From: Armatimonadota bacterium
GTDB taxonomy: Bacteria > Armatimonadota > SYMT01
Assembly (NCBI GenBank): GCA_046292385.1
Contig: JBKBRF010000006.1
Location: 96,001-160,000 of the forward strand
Reading direction: 5' to 3'
DNA: 64,000 nucleotides
The translations under genes were made by a program, and so were the position numbers. How positions within the stretch are numbered: position 1 is the stretch's first letter; the number at the start of each line of letters is the position of its first letter. Positions 1 to 9,699 of the stretch are shown piece after piece. The notes beneath the pieces are model-generated. The model saw only the letters and a program-made list of their open reading frames with translations. It was not told where the DNA came from and did no database searches.

Positions 1-330
1 CTCGTGGATCAGGCGCTGGAGGTCGAACCCGGCGGCGCGGAGGGCGCGGACGATCACGTCGGTGCAGGCGCCCCGGTCGGCGGGGACGTCGCCGCCGGGG
101 TACTTCATCGAGACGTAGGAGGCGTCGTAGGAGACGCCGCGCCGCACCTCCGCCTTCGCGCCGTTGACGATCCGCTCCGCCGCCGTCCGCGGGCTCGGGA
201 TCGACGCCAGCGGATCCTCCGCGTGACCGGCTCCCTGCCGCAGCGAGGGGGCCGGACCACCGGCCACGCGCTCGGAAGGGGCGCAGCCCGCCAGCGCGAG
301 CGCACCGCAGAGCAGCGCGAGCGGGCGCAC
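1..330 (-). CDS. DUF1287 (YijF-like) family lipoprotein, 5' part only (runs off window edge)
   Basis: Hand translation from GTG at 330 gives MRPLALLCGALALAGC (lipobox) ... VSYDASYVSMKYPGGDVPADRGACTDVIVRALRAAGFDLQRLIHE, the DUF1287 motif. Absent from the ORF track because the stop is outside the window. Confidence 0.85.
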   Translation of the reverse strand, partial: MRPLALLCGALALAGCAPSERVAGGPAPSLRQGAGHAEDPLASIPSPRTAAERIVNGAKAEVRRGVSYDASYVSMKYPGGDVPADRGACTDVIVRALRAAGFDLQRLIHE

Positions 331-331
331 G

Positions 332-1072
332 TCAGTCGCCGCCGCCGAACATGCGGCCGAGGTCGCCGAAAGTGCCGGCCACCCCGCCCAGGCCGCTGCT
401 CCCCTCCGTGGTGGCGCCGGTGATGCGGCCGGCCAGGCGAGAGAACGGCAGCGTCTGCAGGATGATCTGGCCCGGACCGGTGAGCGTGGCCAGGAAGAGC
501 CCCTCTCCGCCGAAGAGCGTGTTCTTGAAGCCGCCGACGAACTGGATGTCGTACTGCACCGATTCCTCGAAGCCGACGATGCAGCCGGTATCGACCTTGA
601 TCCGCTGTCCCGGTCCCAGCGTGTACTCCACGAAGTTGCCGCCGCCGGAGATGAAGGCGGGGCCGTGTCCGCTCAGGCGCTGCAGGATGAACCCCTCGCC
701 GCCGAAGAAGCCGGCGCCGAGCTTCTTGGTGAAGGCGATACTGATCTCGACCGAGGTGCCGGAGAAGAGATAGGAATCGCGCTGGCAGATCCAGCTCTGG
801 CCCATCAGGTCGAGCTGGCGCACCTTTCCCGGCGTGGGTGAGGCGAACGCCACCATCGCCTGCGGCGCCTGGCAGCGGAAGTAGGGGATGAAGAGGCTCT
901 CGCCCACCAGCATCCGCTTGAGCCCGCCGAAGAGCCCGCCGGACATCTGCGTGTCCATCTGGACGCCGTCGGTCATGAAGAGCATCGAGCCCGCTTCCGC
1001 CCGGACCTCCTCACCGGCCCCCATCTGCACGATCACCGCCTGCATCACGTCGCCAACCACCTGAAAGTTCAT
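332..1072 (-). CDS. AIM24 / TIGR00266 family protein
   Basis: AEAGSM, GFFGGEGFILQRLSG, VDTGCIVGF, LFGGEGLFLATLTGPG, LQTLPFSRLA motifs; ATG at 1072 preceded by GGAG. Confidence 0.9.
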   Translation of the reverse strand: MNFQVVGDVMQAVIVQMGAGEEVRAEAGSMLFMTDGVQMDTQMSGGLFGGLKRMLVGESLFIPYFRCQAPQAMVAFASPTPGKVRQLDLMGQSWICQRDSYLFSGTSVEISIAFTKKLGAGFFGGEGFILQRLSGHGPAFISGGGNFVEYTLGPGQRIKVDTGCIVGFEESVQYDIQFVGGFKNTLFGGEGLFLATLTGPGQIILQTLPFSRLAGRITGATTEGSSGLGGVAGTFGDLGRMFGGGD

Positions 1073-1189
1073 TCGCTCCACGCCTCCGGCTGATTCAACG
1101 CAAACTCCCGGCGGCGGGATACGCCGCGTCTCTTCCGGTGACCGCGTCTGGCTGGTGGGAGCGGAGTGGGAGAGTGGGAGAGACTCGCT

Positions 1190-1286
1190 GCAGGTTTGCA
1201 AGTTGGCAGGTTGCAGGTTCCGAACCCCTGCCATCGGTAGGATCAACCTGCAACCTGCAACCTGCTAACCTGGAACCTGTTAACCT
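1190..1286. repeat. Inverted pair of degenerate heptamer tandem tracts (AGGTTGC)n / (CAACCTG)n
   Basis: caggtttgcaagttggcaggttgcaggttc ... caacctgcaacctgcaacctgctaacctggaacctgttaacct; a related tract occurs at about 30840-30875. Confidence 0.75.
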
Positions 1287-1331
1287 CGGCCCTCTCTCGC
1301 TCCACCCCAGAAGAAGCAACCGGTCACCGGA

Positions 1332-4331
1332 TCAGAGTACGCCGCCGGGCTCGCTCTCTCCTCGGGCAGGCGACTGCGGCTCCCGCGCCCGCCGCTGGTA
1401 GGCGTAGCTCACGCCGAGCAGCACCACCGCCAGCACCAGGAAGGAGAGGACGCGGTAGCCGGCTTGCAGGAAGCTGAGGTCGAAGAGATAGACCTTCACC
1501 ACGGCGGCCAGCAGCAGCGCCATGCCGCCCCAGCGCACCGCCTCCGAGCCGCGCCGGAAGCCGATGAGGATCGCCGCGCAGCCGTAGAGGGTCCAGACGG
1601 CGGAGAGTGCGAACTTGGCCGGGTCGCCGCCCCAACCGGTGGTGCCGAGCCGGCCGGCGGCGTCCATCGCCTCGATGCTGAGCCAGCCGAGCGCCTGCAG
1701 GTTCGCGGCGGCCACCACCGCCGGGACCAGCGCCCGCTCCGCCTCGCTCCCGCGGGTCAGGAAGACCCACGCGCAGAGGCTCCAGCCGGCGAGGGCGGAG
1801 AGGGCGGCGGCGCTCCGGCTGTGGAAGAGCACCCGGCTGCCGGGGGGCAGCGCCAGCTCTCGCACCAGGACCTCCACCGTCACCAGCAGCAGCGCCGCCA
1901 GCGAGAGCGTTCGGAGCTCCGGGCGCTCGGTCCGCACCCCCAGGTAGAGCAGGCCGAGCGCCGCCAGCGCCCAGGTGAACGGCAGCCACCCCGCGCCGAG
2001 CTCCCGCCAGGCCCAGAGCATCGAGAGCGCGGCGCCGGCTCCGGCAGCGATCGAGGCGCCCGCGCTCGTCTCCTCCTGGGTCAGGTCCTGGCCCCGGAAG
2101 AGCACCGCCGCGATGCCCCCGATGAGCGCCAGCGCTGCCGCGAATCCGGCCGGAGACGCCATCGCTCCACCGGTGAGTGCCGCAGCCGCCAGCCAGAGAG
2201 CGGTGAGGCCCGCCGCGGCGTAGCCGACGCCCCGCTGGTGCGGCGTACCGGCCAGTAGGCCCGCCCCGAAGGCGAGCGCGCCGACCGCGGACCAAGCCAC
2301 GACGATCCAGGGCCCCGGCAGGGCGGCCCACCCGTGGTTCATCGCCAGGAACGCCGCCGCCGCGGAGAAGAGCGGCGCCAGCGAGCGCTCCGGGATCAGC
2401 TCCGGATCGGACCGGTGGTAGGCCACCGCCGCGCCGGCGAGCAGCGCGACCACCATCGCGAAGGCGAGATGGCGGTCGAGCGGGATTATCTCCGTAGGGG
2501 TTTCCCAGTGCCACGCGCCGAGCAACGGCGCGAGACAGAGCACGGCGCCGACGACCCGCACGTCGCCGCTGCGGAGCCGCCCTCCGAAGGCGAGGGTCAG
2601 CGCCGCCACGGCGGAGGAGACGAGGAGCCAATCGGTGAGACGCAGGTCGATCAGCGCCCACCAGTTGAGCAGGCCGCCGATCAGCAGCCCCAGCACGGCT
2701 ACGGCGCGCTCGTGCTCCCGTCCGGCGCGGTCGGAGGCGGTCCACTCCCGCAGGGAGACCGACGCCCGCAGCGCGAGCGCGGCAATGACGGCGGCGAAGG
2801 CGAAGCTGCGCGGCTGGAAGAAGAGCCCCTGCACCGGCTCCGGGGAGAGCGCGTCGGCGAGAACCAGCCGGAGCAGCCCGAGTCCGAGGGCGATGCCTCC
2901 CCAGGTGCGGGTGCGGGCGGAGCCGGAGCGGTAGCCGACCTCCGAGAGCGCCGCCCCGAGCAGCGCCCAACCGGCGGTGACCGCCGTGCCGGAGGAGCGG
3001 AACTGCAGCGGCACCGCCAGGATCAGGAAGAGCAGCGCGAGCGCGAAGGTGACCTGTTCCAGGTAGGCCGGCTCCCCGTGCCGGGCGCGGACCAGGCGCG
3101 CGGCGGCGTAGTGCACCGCCGCCAGGCCGATGGCGCTGGCGCCGAGCCACTCCGGATGCCGCGGCTCCAGCAGCGCGTAGAGGGCTCCCGCGGCGAGGAC
3201 CGGGTTGCAGACCGCCAGCATCAGGTCCGGATCGGCGCCCGGCTCCCGCCGCAGGAGCGGGTAGAGGACCAGCGACCCGAGGAAGATCCCGAAGCTCACC
3301 ACCACGAAGCCGGTCGCCGCGCCGAAGTCGGCGGGCGAGTAGCGTCCCTCGTACCAGGTGAGGTAGAGGAGGGCGGTCGCGAGCAGCCCCGCCAGCCGGA
3401 AGCCGGGCCACTTCCGGAAGATGCTGAACGCCAGGATCGCGCCGTTCAGCGCCGTCAGATAGAGGAAGAGCGGCGCCGGGGAGGCGGTGGGGGTGCGGAA
3501 AACGAGCGGGCTGACGTAGGCCAGGATCAGCCCGATCCAGCCGATGACCGGCGAGTCATGCCGCAGCGCCATCGCCAGCGCGATCCCGCCGACCGCCGCC
3601 AGGCCCGCCGTCGCCGCGGAGGCGGAGAGGCGGCCGTACTGCGCGTGGGCGGCGTAGGTGGTGACGTAGAGCGCGGCGATGCCGGCGCCGGCAAGCGTCT
3701 GCGCGTAGAGCGGCAGGCTGGCCCGCAGGCGCTCCCCAAAGAGCAGCAGCGCGCCGCCAAGGGCCCAGCCGAGGCCGAGATACACCCACGGGTTCAGGTA
3801 GAGGAGCGGCGTGAGCCAGCCCTGGTCGTAGGCCCACTTCAGGAAGAGCGCCAGGGCGATCACCAGCGAGGCGCCGCCGAGCCAGTTGAGCCACTGGCCG
3901 CCGATCCGGTCTTCCCAGGAGACCTCCGGCCGCGCCCCCGGCACGGGCGCTCCGGCGGCCGGCGCGGCGAGCGGGGGCGGAGAAACCGCCGGCAGCCGGT
4001 GGGCCATAAACACCGGCGCCGGTGCCGGCCGGGGAGGCTCCGGGGCGGGCTGGGGAAGGAAGAAATCCGGCGAGAGAGCCACCGGCTCCGCCGGCGGGGC
4101 TGCGGCGCCGGTCCAGGCGGTCTCCGGCTCCGGCTCTGGCGGCGAGCTGCCGGTCTCCACCCGCGCGATCCGGCGGAGCGCCGCCTCCATCTGGGCCTCC
4201 AGGCGCAGGACCCGCTGCTCCAGCGTGAGGTCCGCCACCGCCGCCGACCCACCGGCGGAGCGTCCCAGCCAGACCCCGGCGCCGAAGATCAGCCCGAGCA
4301 CGAGCAGGATTAGCAGGATCAGACCTTCCAT
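1332..4331 (-). CDS. DUF2339 family multi-pass membrane protein
   Basis: SWEDRIGGQWLNWLGG, LFLKWAYDQGW, LAGAGIAALYVTTYAA, KVYLFDLSFLQAGYRVLSFLVLA; many TM helices; ATG at 4331 with GGAGG. Confidence 0.88.
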   Translation of the reverse strand: MEGLILLILLVLGLIFGAGVWLGRSAGGSAAVADLTLEQRVLRLEAQMEAALRRIARVETGSSPPEPEPETAWTGAAAPPAEPVALSPDFFLPQPAPEPPRPAPAPVFMAHRLPAVSPPPLAAPAAGAPVPGARPEVSWEDRIGGQWLNWLGGASLVIALALFLKWAYDQGWLTPLLYLNPWVYLGLGWALGGALLLFGERLRASLPLYAQTLAGAGIAALYVTTYAAHAQYGRLSASAATAGLAAVGGIALAMALRHDSPVIGWIGLILAYVSPLVFRTPTASPAPLFLYLTALNGAILAFSIFRKWPGFRLAGLLATALLYLTWYEGRYSPADFGAATGFVVVSFGIFLGSLVLYPLLRREPGADPDLMLAVCNPVLAAGALYALLEPRHPEWLGASAIGLAAVHYAAARLVRARHGEPAYLEQVTFALALLFLILAVPLQFRSSGTAVTAGWALLGAALSEVGYRSGSARTRTWGGIALGLGLLRLVLADALSPEPVQGLFFQPRSFAFAAVIAALALRASVSLREWTASDRAGREHERAVAVLGLLIGGLLNWWALIDLRLTDWLLVSSAVAALTLAFGGRLRSGDVRVVGAVLCLAPLLGAWHWETPTEIIPLDRHLAFAMVVALLAGAAVAYHRSDPELIPERSLAPLFSAAAAFLAMNHGWAALPGPWIVVAWSAVGALAFGAGLLAGTPHQRGVGYAAAGLTALWLAAAALTGGAMASPAGFAAALALIGGIAAVLFRGQDLTQEETSAGASIAAGAGAALSMLWAWRELGAGWLPFTWALAALGLLYLGVRTERPELRTLSLAALLLVTVEVLVRELALPPGSRVLFHSRSAAALSALAGWSLCAWVFLTRGSEAERALVPAVVAAANLQALGWLSIEAMDAAGRLGTTGWGGDPAKFALSAVWTLYGCAAILIGFRRGSEAVRWGGMALLLAAVVKVYLFDLSFLQAGYRVLSFLVLAVVLLGVSYAYQRRAREPQSPARGESEPGGVL

Positions 4332-4591
4332 CGCCGGCCTCCGCAGCAGAAGTCGCCGCACGCCGCAGTGTGGCGTGGAGCACCTATCGAACCGAGTCTA
4401 CCCGCGGCGCCGGGGCCCCGGCAGTGGGGCTAGCGAGCGATTCTGAAGGCAGGCAGGGTCCCGCCTGGGGTGGGTCCATGCGGGCTGGCGGGTCCGCCAT
4501 GGGTAGGTCTTCAGGCGGCAGAAAAGCCGGTGAGATTCTCCGGGCCGGAAGCTGACAATGGTGTAGGAGAAGGGTGCTCGGGCGGCGGAAG

Positions 4592-5542
4592 ATGCGACGA
4601 CAGGACGGAACAACCGGACGGCGTGGGTTTGCGCGCGGGCTGAGCCTGCTCTGCACGTGGGTGATGCTGGGCGCGCTCGGCTGCCGCATGCAGGTAGAGC
4701 AGACGGAGCGCCGCCGCGAGGTGGAGCCGTCGCCCGGCGTCGTCGTCCGCAGCCGGGACACCGACGGCTCGTTCGTCCGCGTGCTGGAGATCGACCTCCG
4801 CTCTCCCGGCCTCCGCGTGGAACTGGCAGCCGACGACATCGCCGTGCGGGAGGGGAAGATCACCGGCCGCGCCCGCACCGTGCCGGAGTGGCTCGAGGAG
4901 ACCGGCGCCGTAGCCGGCGTGAACGGCGGCTTCTTCGGGGCCGACGTCGGCGAGGAATTCAAAGAGATCCGCGGCCTCCTGAAGCGCGACGGCCGCGTCC
5001 GCGTGGCGGCGCCGCGGTACCGGTCGGAGCAGTCCGGCACCGAGTTCGCCCGCTGCGCCCTCGGCTTCACCCGCGAAGGCGAGCCGCGGATGGCGTGGGT
5101 CACCAGCGCCCCCGGCGACCCGCAGAGCCTGCGCGCGCACCCGGAGCCGGAGACCGGCGACAGCTACCGCCGGTGGAGCGTGGAGCAGGCACTGGCGTGC
5201 GGCCCACGCCTCATCCGTGACGGCGAAGTAGAAGTCACCTACCGCGGCGAGCGCCTCGCCAGCCCCGGCGCGCTGCCGCGGACCTTCCTCGGCTACGGCG
5301 GCAAAGCCGACCGGGCAACCCACCTGGTGCTCTGTACCGCCGAGGCGATGGAGTTCGAAGGGTGCGCGGAGTTCCTCGCGCGCTACTTTCGGGAGGAGCT
5401 CGGCTTCCCCTGCCGCCAGGCGATGTGCCTGGACGGCGGCGCGAGCACCCAGGCCGCCTGGCGAGACGGCTCCGACGTGCGCTCGGAGTTCGACTACGGC
5501 ACCACGGTCCCCACCGCCATCCTGATCCACCAGCAGCGCTAG
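4592..5542 (+). CDS. Phosphodiester glycosidase (NAGPA/DUF2233) family protein, probable lipoprotein
   Basis: AVAGVNGGFF, GPRLIRDG, PRTFLG, AMCLDGGAST motifs; MLGALGC lipobox-like; start could be 4574 or 4592. Confidence 0.82.
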   Translation: MRRQDGTTGRRGFARGLSLLCTWVMLGALGCRMQVEQTERRREVEPSPGVVVRSRDTDGSFVRVLEIDLRSPGLRVELAADDIAVREGKITGRARTVPEWLEETGAVAGVNGGFFGADVGEEFKEIRGLLKRDGRVRVAAPRYRSEQSGTEFARCALGFTREGEPRMAWVTSAPGDPQSLRAHPEPETGDSYRRWSVEQALACGPRLIRDGEVEVTYRGERLASPGALPRTFLGYGGKADRATHLVLCTAEAMEFEGCAEFLARYFREELGFPCRQAMCLDGGASTQAAWRDGSDVRSEFDYGTTVPTAILIHQQR

Positions 5543-5545
5543 CGA

Positions 5546-5628
5546 AGGATGAGGGATGAGGGATGAGGGATGAATCCGAACCCTCGGTGAACGGATGTTC
5601 CTGCTCCTGCTCCTACTCTTGCTCTTGC
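5546..5628. repeat. Composite simple-sequence element: (GGGATGA)n - CCGAAC - (CTCCTR)n
   Basis: Same architecture as 30679-30786 and 50727-50816. Confidence 0.65.
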
Positions 5629-5677
5629 GGGACGTGCCGACCCCGGCGCCTCCGGCACGTCTTTGGAATAGCCAACG

Positions 5678-5746
5678 GGCGGTTGAAACCGCGGCAACCA
5701 CGGCACGAAGTTTTATCCCCCGGACGGGGGACCGCCTTCGCGAACT
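5678..5746. repeat. REP-like palindrome, family A (GGCGGTTGAAACCGCGGCAAC...CGAAGT), carrying an extra 20-nt hairpin
   Basis: Near-identical 5' part at 49294-49342; related inverted copy at 21813-21862. Confidence 0.75.
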
Positions 5747-6021
5747 AAGAGGGCCTGGTTCGGGCGTCCGGAGGACGCTTGGCCGCAGGCCTACCAGCGA
5801 GGTATTTCAATGCCTCGCGGCTCCACGGGCACCCAGCCCCACTACCCGGCTATCTAGTAACGCTCTCATAAGGACCCGGCTGCCTCTACGGGAAGCACGC
5901 TGAAGCGCGCTCGGCGTCCGTTCATCCCCTCGGCTCACTGGGCGGCAGCATGACCCACGAGCAGCATTAACTTTGGGTTATTCCACAAGTTCAGGGTGGT
6001 AGACCGTGAGCGAGGTTACGC

Positions 6022-7164
6022 ATGCCCGCCCGTTCACCACTTACCCGCTTGCTCTCACTGCGACTGCGCGCCGGTCCTGGCCGGCTCTGGCTGCGGTGGG
6101 TCGCTCCGGCGCTGCTGCTCGTTGCCTCCAGCGCCGGTGTGGATAGCGGCGAGCGCGCGCCGCTGCCTCCCCGGGGCTACACGCTGCGAGATCTCGGCAC
6201 CCTCGGCGGCGAGCAAAGCGGCGCTACCGCCCTCAACAACCACGGTGAGGTAGTCGGTTGGGCCGAAACCGGCGGCGCGGTACGGGACGGGGTGCGGGAG
6301 TTTCACGCCGTCCGTTGGGCGGCCGATGGGATCCAGGACCTCGGCACGCTGGGCGAGTACCACAGTGCCGCATTCGGAATCAACAACCGGGGAGAGGTGG
6401 TCGGAGGGGTCTTGTCTGGCTTTGACCCGGAGCCATTCGTCTGGTCTACCGCCACGGGAATGCACCGGCTGCCGCTCAAAGATAATTTCGCAGGGGTCGG
6501 CCTTTCAATCAACGATCACGGGACCATCGCCGGGTACTTTGAAACCACCGGGTACGACAAGGCAGGGATGTGGACCGACCGTCTCCGCTGGCTGTCCCAC
6601 CCGTGGGACGGAAGGGCGCTCGACGTGAACAACCGCGGAGAGGTGGTCGGGTGGGGGGAAACCCTCTACGACGGGCTCCCAAAGGCGTTCCGGTGGCGCG
6701 GACGGCGGGGGCGCCGGCTGGAGCCTCCGCCTTACCGCGAGACAGACCCCTGGAGCAAGGCCCACGCGATCAACGACCGCGGCACGATTGTCGGGGAGCT
6801 CGAGGGGCGCGCCTTCATCTGGGCCGAGGGTCGGCTGCGCCGGCTGCCGGCGGGCGCAGGATACCAGAAGGCGCTGGCTGCCGACCTGAACCGCCGGGAA
6901 CAGGTGGTCGGCACCCTCTTCAACCATCGGAATTTCTTCGGTCCCTCGGAATTCCCCGCGTCTCCGACCGGAACGGCAGCGCTCTGGGAGCGAGGCCGTC
7001 TCACCGATCTTAGCGACGTGGTCCGCTTAACTTCGGGATGGCACCTGGAGACCGCGGCGGCGATCAACGACCGCGGGCAGATCGTCGGTATCGGCCGTCC
7101 GGAGGGGGAGGGGCGGGGGCCGAGGCGGGCTTACCTGCTCACTCCGGTCGAGCGGGAAAGGTAG
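6022..7164 (+). CDS. Secreted HAF-repeat (DUF3466-like) beta-propeller protein
   Basis: Signal-like N-terminus; repeated DLGTLGG..S.A..[IL]N..G..VG units; C-terminal AAAINDRGQIVG...AYLLTP. Confidence 0.85.
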   Translation: MPARSPLTRLLSLRLRAGPGRLWLRWVAPALLLVASSAGVDSGERAPLPPRGYTLRDLGTLGGEQSGATALNNHGEVVGWAETGGAVRDGVREFHAVRWAADGIQDLGTLGEYHSAAFGINNRGEVVGGVLSGFDPEPFVWSTATGMHRLPLKDNFAGVGLSINDHGTIAGYFETTGYDKAGMWTDRLRWLSHPWDGRALDVNNRGEVVGWGETLYDGLPKAFRWRGRRGRRLEPPPYRETDPWSKAHAINDRGTIVGELEGRAFIWAEGRLRRLPAGAGYQKALAADLNRREQVVGTLFNHRNFFGPSEFPASPTGTAALWERGRLTDLSDVVRLTSGWHLETAAAINDRGQIVGIGRPEGEGRGPRRAYLLTPVERER

Positions 7165-7173
7165 CGGACGACG

Positions 7174-9699
7174 ATGGCGCTTCTACACCCCCCGATGCCG
7201 ATCCTGGCGTGGCCACTGCTCGCCACCGCGGCAATCGCCTCCCTCGCGGTGCGGTCGGCGTCGCTACCCTTGCCGTCCGCAATCGAGTCTCTGCGAAGCG
7301 CAGGTCTCGGCTGGTCCGGGTTCGTACGGAGCGAGGGCCGGCTAGTCCAAGGCTCGGCTTTTTACACGCAGGATGGCGGCTCCGTCCTCTACTTCGATTC
7401 CGCGGGGGTCACGCACCAGCTCCCGACGGGAGCGCGGGAGAGCTCGGGCGCCTGGAACCTCCGGATCGGCTTCGCCGGAGCGCGGCCGGTGCAGCCGGAG
7501 GCGGAGGGGACGAGTCACCGGGTCGCCTGGTTTCACCGCGGGCGCACGCGGTCCGGCGCTCGTCCGGCGTTCTCCGGCGTCCGGTATCGCGGCCTGTGGC
7601 CGGGAATCGATCTCGTCTACCAGGCTGCGGGCTCGTCCCTGAAGTACGATCTTCACGTGGCACCGGGCGCGGATCCGGGCGCGATCCGCTTCGAGTGCCG
7701 CGGCGCCAGCTCGGCGCGGATCGACGCGGAGGGCCGGCTGCGGCTCACGGCCGGCGCGGACGAGCTGGTCGACGACACCCCCGTCGCGTACCAGGTAATC
7801 GCCGGAAAGAAGGTCGCCGTGCCGGCGCGGTTCCGGCTGCAGACCGTGCGTCCGGGCGTCTTCCAGTACGGTTTTCAGCTCGGCCACTACGACCCCACGC
7901 TGCCGCTGGTCATCGACCCCGCACTGCTCCGGAGCTGCGACTATCTCGGCTACGGACGGGCCGCCGGCATCGCGTTAGGGTCCGGCGGCGAGATCTATCT
8001 TTGCGGCGAGACCTCGGCGCCGCCCACCGAAGTGCCGCTGACTGTCGGGCCGGACCTGACCCACAACGGCGGCGAGACGGAAGCCTTTGTCGCCAGGCTC
8101 CGGCTCACGCAAGGCGGCCAGTTCGCGGTGGAGTACTTCGGCTACCTGGGAGGCGACGGCTACGACTCGGCGAAGGGGATCGCCGTCGACGCGGAAGGGT
8201 GCGCTTACCTGGTGGGGGAGACCAACTCGCGAGAGGACAGCTTTCCGGTCCTGGTGGGTCCGGACCTCACCTTCAACGGCACCAGGAGGTACACACCGTC
8301 CTCGACCGGCGATGCCTGGATCGCCAAGGTTACGCCGGATGGAAGTAGTCTCCGCTACTGCGGCTACCTCGGCGGCTCCGAACCGGACGAAGCCACGGGA
8401 GTGGCCGTCGACGAGCTGGGCCGCGCGTATGTTTCCGGAAGGACCACGTCCCCTTCCAGCAGTTTTCCCGCGACCGTGGGGCCCGTCTTGAGTCTCACGG
8501 TCGCGGAGGGGGGCGAGCTCCCCCGTCCGGACGGCTTCATCGCCCGCGTCGCACCGGATGGATCTGCCCTCGAGTACTGCGGCTACATCGGCGGCACGGG
8601 AGAGGACGTGGCCAACGCCGTGGCGGTCGACCGGGACGGGCGCGCGTACGTGGCCGGGAGCGGCCATTCGGGTTCGCCGACGTTTCCGGCCGTCGTGGGC
8701 CCGGAGTTAGTCGGCTATCCCAGCTACCCCGACGCCTGGGTGGCACGAGTTCGCGCTGACGGGACCGGGTTCGAGTACTGCGGCTTCATCGCGGGATACT
8801 ACGGCGAGGCGATTACTTCCATCGCGGTAGACGGAGAGGAGCGGGCCTACGTCGGTGGGTGGACCCGCTCGCCGGAGACCACCTTTCCGGAGAGGGTGGG
8901 GCCGGTACTCCGGTCGCGCGGGCGGGCCGACGCCTTCGTCGCCCGGGTAGCGCCGGACGGAACGCGCCTGGAGTACTGCGGCTACATCTCCGGAAAGGGC
9001 GCGGACGCGATAACCTCCGTGGCGGTAGACGCCCAGGACCGGCTGGTGGTGGCGGGAGAGACCGGCTCCGACGAGCGCAGCTTTCCGGTGCGAGGCGGGC
9101 CGGACCTGCGCTTTAACGGCGGCGGGGTGGATGGCTTCGTCGCCCGCGTCTCGGCGGATGGGCGGAAGCTCGATTACTGCGGCTATCTCGGCGGTACGAG
9201 CCGGCTCGATTCGGCCGCGGCCGTCGCCGCCGCGCCCGCCGGGGAGATCTTCGTCGCGGGTTTCACCAACTCCCCTCCGCAGAGCTTTCCGGTGCGCAAT
9301 GCCGCGCGGGCGGATCGCGGGGGCGGAATCTTCGTGGCGCAGCTATCCTGGCGCGATGAGGGCGCGCCGCCCGAGCGAGAGGCAAGGATCTTCATCTCGC
9401 CCTCGCGGCTCAACTTCGGCCAGGTGCGGGCCGGCACGCAGCGGACGCTGACCCTGCGGATCCGGAACCGCGGCCGCGGGCCGGGGCGGGTCGACGTGCC
9501 GGCGCTGCCGGCGCCATTCAGCACCGAGCCCGGAGAGCTGAGCGTCGCTCCCGGAGAGACGAAGCTGGTCCGAGTCACCTTGGAGCCGCTGAAGCCGGGC
9601 CGCTACGAAACGGGCCTGGCGCTGACTACCCCGGATGATCCCGGCAGCCCGCTAATCCACGTGCCGGTGCGAGCCACGGCGGAAAGGAGCGGGCAATGA
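7174..9699 (+). CDS. Secreted SBBP-repeat beta-propeller protein with N-terminal DUF7948-like domain and C-terminal ASH/Ig-like domain
   Basis: YRGLWPGIDL..LKYD..V.PGADP..I, YDPTLPLVIDP; repeats YCGY[LI]GG..D.A..IAVD..G.AYV.G; C-terminal SPSRLNFGQV...LRIRNRG. Confidence 0.85.
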   Translation: MALLHPPMPILAWPLLATAAIASLAVRSASLPLPSAIESLRSAGLGWSGFVRSEGRLVQGSAFYTQDGGSVLYFDSAGVTHQLPTGARESSGAWNLRIGFAGARPVQPEAEGTSHRVAWFHRGRTRSGARPAFSGVRYRGLWPGIDLVYQAAGSSLKYDLHVAPGADPGAIRFECRGASSARIDAEGRLRLTAGADELVDDTPVAYQVIAGKKVAVPARFRLQTVRPGVFQYGFQLGHYDPTLPLVIDPALLRSCDYLGYGRAAGIALGSGGEIYLCGETSAPPTEVPLTVGPDLTHNGGETEAFVARLRLTQGGQFAVEYFGYLGGDGYDSAKGIAVDAEGCAYLVGETNSREDSFPVLVGPDLTFNGTRRYTPSSTGDAWIAKVTPDGSSLRYCGYLGGSEPDEATGVAVDELGRAYVSGRTTSPSSSFPATVGPVLSLTVAEGGELPRPDGFIARVAPDGSALEYCGYIGGTGEDVANAVAVDRDGRAYVAGSGHSGSPTFPAVVGPELVGYPSYPDAWVARVRADGTGFEYCGFIAGYYGEAITSIAVDGEERAYVGGWTRSPETTFPERVGPVLRSRGRADAFVARVAPDGTRLEYCGYISGKGADAITSVAVDAQDRLVVAGETGSDERSFPVRGGPDLRFNGGGVDGFVARVSADGRKLDYCGYLGGTSRLDSAAAVAAAPAGEIFVAGFTNSPPQSFPVRNAARADRGGGIFVAQLSWRDEGAPPEREARIFISPSRLNFGQVRAGTQRTLTLRIRNRGRGPGRVDVPALPAPFSTEPGELSVAPGETKLVRVTLEPLKPGRYETGLALTTPDDPGSPLIHVPVRATAERSGQ

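Noticed and set aside
5978..5988. DnaA-box-like TTATTCCACA
   Set aside because: Single imperfect match, with no box cluster or origin-associated genes.
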